From the NCBI GenBank assembly GCA_053919585.1, contig CM132799.1: 64,000 nt of DNA; one strand, written 5' to 3'. The translations under genes were made by a program, and so were the position numbers. Below, piece by piece: positions 53,501-64,000 of this stretch (the first letter of the stretch is position 1; each line of letters opens with the position of its first letter). The stretch comes from Euprymna scolopes (Eukaryota). The notes under the pieces were generated by a model that was given only the letters and a program-made list of their open reading frames with translations, was not told the origin of the DNA and did not search any database.

Positions 53501-56500
53501 TATAGTAGACAAAGTTAAAAGATGAGAAATATAGTAGACAAAGTTAAAAGATGAGAAATATAGAAGACAACGTTAAAAGATGAGAAATATAGTAGGCAAA
53601 GTTAAAAGATGAGAAATATAGAAGACAAAGTTAAATGATGAGAAATATAGTAGACAAAGTTAAAAGATGAGAAATATAGTAGGCAAAGTTAAAAGATGAG
53701 AAATATAGTAGACAAAGTTAAAAGATGAGAAATATAGTAGACAAAGTTAAAAGATGAGAAATATAGTAGACAAAGTTAAAAGATGAGAAATATAGTAGAC
53801 AAAGTTAAAAGATGAGAAATATAGTAGACAAAGTTAAAAGATGAGAAATATAAAAGACAAAGTTAAAAGATGAGACATATAGAAGACAAAGTTAAAAGAT
53901 GAGAAATATAGTAGGCGAAGTTAAAAGATGAGAAATATAGTAGACAAAGTTAAAAGATGAGAAATATAGTAGACAACGTTAAAAGATGAGAAATATAGTA
54001 GACAAAGTTAAAAGATGAGAAATATAGTAGGCAAAGTTAAATGATGAGAAATATAGTAGACAAAGTTAAAAGATGAGAAATATAGTAGGCAAAGTTAAAA
54101 GATGAGAAATATAGTAGACAAAGTTAAAAGATGAGAAATATAGTAGACAAAGTTAAAAGATGAGAAATATAGAAGACAAAGTTAAAAGATGAGAAATATA
54201 GTAGGCAAAGTTAAAAGATGAGAAATATAGTAGACAAAGTTAAAAGATGAGAAATATAGAAGACAACGTTAAAAGATGAGAAATATAGTAGGCAAAGTTA
54301 AAAGATGAGAAATATAGTAGACAAAGTTAAAAGATGACAAATATAGTAGACAAAGTTAAAAGATGAGAAATATAGAAGACAAAGTTAAAAGATGAGAAAT
54401 ATAGTAGACAAAGTTAAAAGATGAGAAATATAGAAGACAACGTTAAAAGATGAGAAATATAGTAGGCAAAGTTAAAAGATGAGAAATATAGTAGACAAAG
54501 TTAAAAGATGAGAAATATAGAAGACAAAGTTAAAAGATGAGAAATATAGTAGGCAAAGTTAAAAGATTAGAAATATAGAAGACAAAGTTAAAAGATGAGA
54601 AATATAGTAGGCAAAGTTAAAAGATGAGAAATATAGTAGACAAAGTTAAAAGATGAGAACTATAGTAGGCAAAGTTAAAAGATGAGAAATATAGTAGACA
54701 AAGTTAAAAGATGAGAAATATAGTAGACAAAGTTAAAAGATGAGAAATATAGTAGGCGAAGTTAAAAGATGAGAAATATAGTAGACAAAGTTAAAAGATG
54801 AGAAATATAGTAGGCAAAGTTAAATGATGAGAAATATAGTAGACAAAGTTAAAAGATGAGAAATATAGTAGGCAAAGTTAAAAGATGAGAAATATAGTAG
54901 ACAAAGTTAAAAGATGAGAAATATAGTAGACAAAGTTAAAAGATGAGAAATATAGTAGGCAAAGTTAAAAGATGAGAAATATAGTAGACAAAGTTAAAAG
55001 ATGAGAAATATAGTAGACAAAGTTAAAAGATGAGAAATATAGTAGACAAAGTTAAAAGATGAGAAATATAGTAGGCAAAGTTAAAAGATGAGAAATATAG
55101 AAGACAAAGTTAAAAGATGAGAAATATAGTAGGCAAAGTTAAATGATGAGAAATATAGTAGACAAAGTTAAAAGATGAGAAATATAGTAGACAACGTTAA
55201 AAGATGAGAAATATAGTAGACAAAGTTAAAAGATGAGAAAAATAGTAGGCAAAGTTAAATGATGAGAAATATAGTAGACAAAGTTAAAAGATGAGAAATA
55301 TAGTAGACAAAGTTAAAAGATGAGAAATATAGAAGACAACGTTAAAAGATGAGAAATATAGTAGGCAAAGTTAAAAGATGAGAAATATAGAAGACAAAGT
55401 TAAATGATGAGAAATATAGTAGACAAAGTTAAAAGATGAGAAATATAGTAGGAATAGTTAAAAGATGAGAAATATAGTAGACAAAGTTAAAAGATGAGAA
55501 ATATAGAAGACAAAGTTAAAAGATGAGAAATATAGTAGACAAAGTTAAAAGATGAGAAATATAGAAGACAACGTTAAAAGATGAGAAATATAGTAGGCAA
55601 AGTTAAAAGATGAGAAATATAGTAGACAAAGTTAAAAGATGAGAAATATAGTAGACAAAGTTAAAAGATGAGAAATATAGTAGGCAAAGTTAAATGATGA
55701 GAAATATAGTAGACAAAGTTAAAAGATGAGAAATATAGTAGGCAAAGTTAAAAGATGAGAAATATAGTAGGCAAAGTTAAAAGATGAGAAATATAGTAGG
55801 CAAAGTTAAAATATGAGAAATATAGTAGGCAAAGTTAAAAGATGAGAAATATAGTAGGCAAAGTTAAAAGATGAGAAATATAGTAGACAAAGTTAAAAGA
55901 TGAGAAATATAGTAGGCAAAGTTAAATGATGAGAAATATAGTAGGCAAAGTTAAATGATGAGAAATATAGTAGACAAAGTTAAAAGATGAGAAATATAGA
56001 AGACAAAGTTAAAAGATGAGAAATATAGTAGACAAAGTTAAAAGATGAGAAATATAGTAGACAAAGTTAAAAGATGAGAAATATAGTAGGCAAAGTTAAA
56101 AGATGAGAAATATAGTAGACAAAGTTAAAAGATGAGAAATATAGTAGACAATGTTAAAAGATGAGAAATATAGTAGGCAAAGTTAAATGATGAGAAATAT
56201 AGTAGACAAAGTTAAAAGATGAGAAATATAGTAGACAAAGTTAAAAGATGAGAAATATAGTAGACAAAGTTAAAAGATGAGAAATATAGTAGACAAAGTT
56301 AAAAGATGAGAAATATAGAAGACAAAGTTAAAAGATGAGAAATATAGTAGACAAAGTTAAAAGATGAGAAATATAGTAGACAAAGTTAAAAGATGAGAAA
56401 TATAGTAGACAAAGTTAAAAGATGAGAAATATAGTAGGCAAAGTTAAATGATGAGAAATATAGTAGACAAAGTTAAAAGATGAGAAATATAGTAGGCAAA

Positions 56501-59500
56501 GTTAAAAGATGAGAAATATAGTAGACAAAGTTAAAAGATGAGAAATATAGTAGGAAAAGTTAAATGATGAGAAATATAGTAGGCAAAGTTAAATGATGAG
56601 AAATATAGTAGACAAAGTTAAAAGATGAGAAATATAGTAGGCAAAGTTAAAAGATTAGAAATATAGTAGACAAAGTTAAAAGATGAGAAATATAGTAGAC
56701 AAAGTTAAAAGATGAGAAATATAGTAGGCAAAGTTAAATGATGAGAAATATAGTAGACAAAGTTAAAAGATGAGAAATATAGTAGGCAAAGTTAAAAGAT
56801 GAGAAATATAGTAGACAAAGTTAAAAGATGAGAAATATAGTAGACAAAGTTAAAAGATGAGAAATATAGAAGACAAAGTTAAAAGATGAGAAATATAGTA
56901 GGCAAAGTTAAAAGATGAGAAATATAGTAGACAAAGTTAAAGGATGAGAAATATAGAAGACAACGTTAAAAGATGAGAAATATAGTAGGCAAAGTTAAAA
57001 GATGAGAAATATAGTAGACAAAGTTAAAAGATGAGAAATATAGAAGACAAAGTTAAAAGATGAGAAATATAGTAGGCAAAGTTAAAAGATGAGAAATATA
57101 GAAGACAAAGTTAAAAGATGAGAAATATAGTAGGCAAAGGTAAAAGATGAGAAATATAGTAGACAAAGTTAAAATATGAGAAATATAGTAGGCAAAGTTA
57201 AAAGATGAGAAATATAGTAGACAAAGTTAAAAGATGAGAAATATAGTAGACAAAGTTAAAAGATGAGAAATATAGTAGGCAAAGTTAAAAGATGAGAAAT
57301 ATAGAAGACAAAGTTAAAAGATGAGAAATATAGTAGGCAAAGTTAAATGATGAGAAATATAGTAGACAAAGTTAAAAGATGAGAAATATAGTAGGCAAAG
57401 TTAAAAGATGAGAAATATAGTAGACAAAGTTAAAAGATGAGAAATATAGTAGACAAAGTTAAAAGATGAGAAATATAGTAGGCAAAGTTAAAAGATTAGA
57501 AATATAGTAGACAAAGTTAAAAGATGAGAAATATAGTAGACAAAGTTAAAAGATGAGAAATATAGTAGACAAAGTTAAAAGATGAGAAATATAGTAGACA
57601 AAGTTAAAAGATGAGAAATATAGTAGACAAAGTTAAAAGATGAGAAATATAGTAGACAAAGTTAAAAGATGAGAAATATAGTGGACAAAGTTAAAAGATG
57701 AGAAATATAGAAGACAAAGTTAAAAGATGAGTAATATAGTAGGCAAAGTAAAAAGATGAGAAATATAGAAGACAAAGTTAAAAGATGAGAAATATAGTAG
57801 GCAAAGTTAAAAGATGAGAAATATAGTAGACAAAGTTAAAAGATGAGAAATATAGTAGGCAAAGTTAAAAGATGAGAAATATAGTAGACAAAGTTAAAAG
57901 ATGAGAAATATAGTAGACAAAGTTAAAAGATGAGAAATATAGTAGACAAAGTTAAAAGATGAGAAATATAGTAGGAAAAGTTAAAAGAGGAGAAATATAG
58001 TAGACAAAGTTAAAAGATGAGAAATATAGTAGACAAAGTTAAAAGATGAGAAATATAGTAGACAAAGTTAAAAGATGAGAAATATAGTAGACAAAGTTAA
58101 AAGATGAGAAATATAGTAGACAAAGTTAAAAGATGAGAAATATAGTAGACAAAGTTAAAAGATGAGCAATATAGTAGACAAAGTTAAAAGATGAGAAATA
58201 TAGTAGACAAAGTTAAAAGATGAGAAATATAGAAGACAAAGTTAAAAGATGAGAAATATAGTAGGCAAAGTTAAAAGATGAGAAATATAGTAGACAAAGT
58301 TAAAAGATGAGAAATATAGTAGACAACGTTAAAAGATGAGAAATATAGTCACAAAGTTAAAAGATGAGAAATATAGTAGGCAAAGTTAAATGATGAGAAA
58401 TATAGTAGACAAAGTTAAAAGATGAGAAATATAGTAGGCAAAGTTAAAAGATGAGAAATATAGTAGACAAAGTTAAAAGATGAGAAATATAGTAGACAAA
58501 GTTAAAAGATGAGAAATATAGAAGACAAAGTTAAAAGATGAGAAATATAGTAGGCAAAATTAAAAGATGAGAAATATAGTAGACAAAGTTAAAAGATGAG
58601 AAATATAGAAGACAACGTTAAAAGATGAGAAATATAGTAGGCAAAGTTAAAAGATGAGAAATATAGTAGACAAAGTTAAAAGATGACAAATATAGTAGAC
58701 AAAGTTAAAAGATGAGAAATATAGAAGACAAAGTTAAAAGATGAGAAATATAGTAGACAAAGTTAAAAGATGAGAAATATAGAAGACAACGTTAAAAGAT
58801 GAGAAATATAGTAAGCAAAGTTAAAAGATGAGAAATATAGTAGACAAAGTTAAAAGATGAGAAATATAGAAGACAAAGTTAAAAGATGAGAAATATAGTA
58901 GGCAAAGTTAAAAGATTAGAAATATAGAAGACAAAGTTAAAAGATGAGAAATATAGTAGGCAAAGTTAAAAGATGAGAAATATAGTAGACAAAGTTAAAA
59001 GATGAGAACTATAGTAGGCAAAGTTAAAAGATGAGAAATATAGTAGACAAAGTTAAAAGATGAGAAATATAGTAGACAAAGTTAAAAGATGAGAAATATA
59101 GTAGGCGAAGTTAAAAGATGAGAAATATAGAAGACAATGTTAAAAGATGAGAAATATAGTAGGCAAAGTAAAATCATGAGAAATATAGTAGACAAAGTTA
59201 AAAGATGAGAAATATAGTAGGCAAAGTTAAAAGATGAGAAATATAGTAGACAAAGTTAAAAGATGAGAAATATAGTAGACAAAGTTAAAAGATGAGAAAT
59301 ATAGTAGGCAAAGTTAAAAGATGAGAAATATAGTAGACAAAGTTAAAAGATGAGAAATATAGTAGACAAAGTTAAAAGATGAGAAATATAGTAGACAAAG
59401 TTAAAAGATGAGAAATATAGTAGGCAAAGTTAAAAGATGAGAAATATAGAAGACAAAGTTAAAAGATGAGAAATATAGTAGGCAAAGTTAAAAGATGAGA

Positions 59501-62500
59501 AATATAGTAGACAAAGTTAAAAGATGAGAAATATAGTAGACAACGTTAAAAGATGAGAAATATAGTAGACAAAGTTAAAAGATGAGAAATATAGTAGGCA
59601 AAGTTAAATGATGAGAAATATAGTAGACAAAGTTAAAAGATGAGAAATATAGTAGACAAAGTTAAAAGATGAGAAATATAGAAGACAACGTTAAATGATG
59701 AGAAATATAGTAGGCAAAGTTAAAAGATGAGAAATATAGAAGACAAAGTTAAATGATGAGAAATATAGTAGACAAAGTTAAAAGATGAGAAATATAGTAG
59801 GCAAAGTTAAAAGATGAGAAATATAGTAGACAAAGTTAAAAGATGAGAAATATAGTAGACAAAGTTAAAAGATGAGAAATATAGTAGACAAAGTTAAAAG
59901 ATGAGAAATATAGAAGACAACGTTAAAAGATGAGAAATATAGTAGGTAAAGTTAAAAGATGAGAAATATAGTAGACAAAGTTAAAAGATGACAAATATAG
60001 TAGACAAAGTTAAAAGATGAGAAATATAGAAGACAAAGTTAAAAGATGAGAAATATAGTAGACAAAGTTAAAAGATGAGAAATATAGAAGACAACGTTAA
60101 AAGATGAGAAATATAGTAAGCAAAGTTAAAAGATGAGAAATATAGTAGACAAAGTTAAAAGATGAGAAATATAGAAGACAAAGTTAAAAGATGAGAAATA
60201 TAGTAGGCAAAGTTAAAAGATTAGAAATATAGAAGACAAAGTTAAAAGATGAGAAATATAGTAGGCAAAGTTAAAAGATGAGAAATATAGTAGACAAAGT
60301 TAAAAGATGAGAACTATAGTAGGCAAAGTTAAAAGATGAGAAATATAGTAGACAAAGTTAAAAGATGAGAAATATAGTAGACAAAGTTAAAAGATGAGAA
60401 ATATAGTAGACAAAGTTAAAAGATGAGAAATATAGAAGACAAAGTTAAAAGATGAGAAATATAGTAGGCAAAGTTAAAAGATGAGAAATATAGAAGACAA
60501 AGTTAAAAGATGAGAAATATAGTAGACAAAGTTAAAAGATGAGAAATATAGAAGACAAAGTTAAATGATGAGAAATATAGTAGACAAAGTTAAAAGATGA
60601 GAAATATAGTAGGCAAAGTTAAAAGATGAGAAATATAGTAGACAAAGTTAAAAGATGAGAAATATAGTAGACAAAGTTAAAAGATGAGAAATATAGTAGA
60701 CAAAGTTAAAAGATGAGAAATATAGTAGGCGAAGTTAAAAGATGAGAAATATAGAAGACAAAGTTAAAAGATGAGAAATATAGTAGGCAAAGTTAAAAGA
60801 TGAGAAATATAGTAGGCAAAGTTAAAAGATGAGAAATATAGTAGACAAAGTTAAAAGATGAGAAATATAGTAGACAACGTTAAAAGATGAGAAATATAGT
60901 AGACACAGTTAAAAGATGAGAAATATAGTAGGCAAAGTTAAATGATGAGAAATATAGTAGACAAAGTTAAAAGATGAGAAATATAGTAGACAAAGTTAAA
61001 AGATGAGAAATATAGAAGACAACGTTAAATGATGAGAAATATAGTAGGCAAAGTTAAAAGATGAGAAATATAGAAGACAAAGTTAAATGATGAGAAATAT
61101 AGTAGACAAAGTTAAAAGATGAGAAATATAGTAGGCAAAGTTAAAAGATGAGAAATATAGTAGACAAAGTTAAAAGATGAGAAATATAGTAGACAAAGTT
61201 AAAAGATGAGAAATATAGTAGACAAAGTTAAAAGATGAGAAATATAGTAGACAAAGTTAAAAGATGAGAAATATAGTAGACAAAGTTAAAAGATGAGAAA
61301 TATAGTAGGCAAAGTTAAATGATGAGAAATATAGTAGACAAAGTTAAAAGATGAGAAATATAGTAGGCGAAGTTAAAAGATGAGAAATATAGTAGACAAA
61401 GTTAAAAGATTAGAAATATAGTAGACAAAGTTAAAAGATGAGAAATATAGAAGACAAAGTTAAAAGATGAGAAATATAGTAGGCAAAGTTAAAAGATGAG
61501 AAATATAGTAGACAAAGTTAAAAGATGAGAAATATAGAAGACAACGTTAAAAGATGAGAAATATAGTAGGCAAAGTTAAAAGATGAGAAATATAGTAGAC
61601 AAAGTTAAAAGATGACAAATATAGTAGACAAAGTTAAAAGATGAGAAATATAGAAGACAAAGTTAAAAGATGAGAAATATAGTAGACAAAGTTAAAAGAT
61701 GAGAAATATAGAAGACAACGTTAAAAGATGAGAAATATAGTAGGCAAAGTTAAAAGATGAGAAATATAGTAGGCAAAGTTAAAAGATGAGAAATATAGAA
61801 GACAAAGTTAAAAGATGAGAAATATAGTAGGCAAAGTTAAAAGATTAGAAATATAGTAGACAAAGTTAAAAGATGAGAAATATAGTAGGCAAAGTTAAAA
61901 GATTAGAAATATAGTAGACTAAGTTAAAAGATGAGAACTATAGTAGGCAAAGTTAAAAGATGAGAAATATAGTAGACAAAGTTAAAAGATGAGAAATATA
62001 GTAGACAAAGTTAAAAGATGAGAAATATAGTAGGCGAAGTTAAAAGATGAGAAATATAGTAGACAAAGTTAAAAGATGAGAAATATAGTAGGCAAAGTTA
62101 AAAGATGAGAAATATAGTAGACAAAGTTAAAAGATGAGAAATATAGTAGGCAAAGTTAAAAGATGAGAAATATAGTAGACAAAGTTAAAAGATGAGAAAT
62201 ATAGTAGACAAAGTTAAAAGATGAGAAATATAGTAGGCAAAGTTAAAAGATGAGAAATATAGTAGACAAAGTTAAAAGATGAGAAATATAGTAGACAAAG
62301 TTAAAAGATGAGAAATATAGTAGACAAAGTTAAAAGATGAGAAATATAGTAGGCAAAGTTAAAAGATGAGAAATATAGAAGACAAAGTTAAAAGATGAGA
62401 AATATAGTAGGCAAAGTTAAAAGATGAGAAATATAGTAGACAAAGTTAAAAGATGAGAAATATAGTAGACAACGTTAAAAGATGAGAAATATAGTAGACA

Positions 62501-64000
62501 AAGTTAAAAGATGAGAAATATAGTAGGCAAAGTTAAATGATGAGAAATATAGTAGACAAAGTTAAAAGATGAGAAATATAGTAGGCAAAGTTAAAAGATG
62601 AGAAATATAGTAGACAAAGTTAAAAGATGAGAAATATAGTAGACAAAGTTAAAAGATGAGAAATATAGAAGACAAAGTTAAAAGATGAGAAATATAGTGG
62701 GCAAAATTAAAAGATGAGAAATATAGTAGACAAAGTTAAAAGATGAGAAATATAGAAGACAACGTTAAAAGATGAGAAATATAGTAGGCAAAGTTAAAAG
62801 ATGAGAAATATAGTAGACAAAGTTAAAAGATGACAAATATAGTAGACAAAGTTAAAAGATGAGAAATATAGAAGACAAAGTTAAAAGATGAGAAATATAG
62901 TAGACAAAGTTAAAAGATGAGAAATATAGAAGACAACGTTAAAAGATGAGAAATATAGTAGGCAAAGTTAAAAGATGAGAAATATAGTAGACAAAGTTAA
63001 AAGATGACAAATATAGTAGACAAAGTTAAAAGATGAGAAATATAGAAGACAAAGTTAAAAGATGAGAAATATAGTAGACAAAGTTAAAAGATGAGAAATA
63101 TAGAAGACAACGTTAAAAGATGAGAAATATAGTAGGCAAAGTTAAAAGATGAGAAATATAGTAGACAAAGTTAAAAGATGACAAATATAGTAGACAAAGT
63201 TAAAAGATGAGAAATATTGAAGACAAAGTTAAAAGATGAGAAATATAGTAGACAAAGTTAAAAGATGAGAAATATAGAAGACAAAGTTAAAAGATGAGAA
63301 ATATAGTAGGCAAAGTTAAAAGATTAGAAATATAGAAGACAAAGTTAAAAGATGAGAAATATAGTAGGCAAAGTTAAAAGATGAGAAATATAGTAGACAA
63401 AGTTAAAAGATGAGAACTATAGTAGGCAAAGTTAAAAGATGAGAAATATAGTAGACAAAGTTAAAAGATGAGAAATATAGTAGAAAAAGTTAAAAGATGA
63501 GAAATATAGTAGGCGAAGTTAAAAGATGAGAAATATAGAAGACAAAGTTAAAAGATGAGAAATATAGTAGGCAAAGTTAAATGATGAGAAATATAGTAGA
63601 CAAAGTTAAAAGATGAGAAATATAGTAGGCAAAGTTAAAAGATAAGAAATATAGTAGACAAAGTTAAAAGATGAGAAATATAGTAGACAAAGTTAAAAGA
63701 TGAGAAATATAGTAGGCAAAGTTAAAAGATGAGAAATATAGTAGACAAAGTTAAAAGATGAGAAATATAGTAGACAAAGTTAAAAGATGAGAAATATAGT
63801 AGACAAAGTTAAAAGATGAGAAATATAGTAGACAAAGTTAAAAGATGAGAAATATAGTAGACAAAGTTAAAAGATGAGAAATATAGTAGACAAAGTTAAA
63901 AGATGAGAAATATAGTAGACAAAGTTAAAAGATGAGAAATATAGTAGACAAAGTTAAAAGATGAGAAATATAGTAGACAAAGTTAAAAGATGAGCAATAT
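21247..64000. repeat. 29-bp satellite DNA array, consensus AGAAATATAGTAGACAAAGTTAAAAGATG, ~1,470 monomers, open-ended at the window edge
   Basis: A continuous head-to-tail 29-bp period with no inversion or insertion seen. The consensus is 16 A, 6 G, 6 T, 1 C (24% GC, 76% purine on the + strand). Only rare 1-bp deletions occur (e.g. ~24080, ~28187, ~39977, ~58350). Confidence 0.99.

Noticed and set aside
21247-64000. Canonical telomerase-type telomeric repeat
   Set aside because: No TTAGGG/TTAGG-like short G-rich unit is present, and multi-kb duplications sharing private variants indicate recombinational copying rather than templated addition. A terminal location as a satellite remains possible.

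Overview
AT-rich eukaryotic DNA, most likely from an invertebrate animal (inferred from the transposon content), with no supportable intact host gene. The first ~21.2 kb holds mostly decayed mobile elements and short repeats. These are a long inverted repeat with decayed Penelope-type hammerhead motifs (~498-962), a dead Ty3/Gypsy gag-protease fragment (minus strand, ~1175-2300), a near full-length but disrupted CR1/Jockey-group LINE ORF2 (~6860-10010), a 5'-truncated R4/Dong-type endonuclease fragment next to an (AAT)n tract, a probable Tigger-like MITE, a probable non-autonomous Helitron, a hairpin-rich ~246-bp tandem repeat, many (TA)n tracts and two N gaps. From ~21247 to the window end (42.7 kb, about 1,470 monomers) lies an uninterrupted 29-bp satellite (AGAAATATAGTAGACAAAGTTAAAAGATG). 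This array is the most interesting element. It has a near-constant ~18-bp core plus an 11-bp variable segment, an ordered cassette of divergent monomers found only in the proximal part, nested multi-kb duplications of changing size, and a proximal-to-distal change in diagnostic variants. All ORFs called inside the satellite and the microsatellites are artefacts. All coordinates and counts were read by eye.
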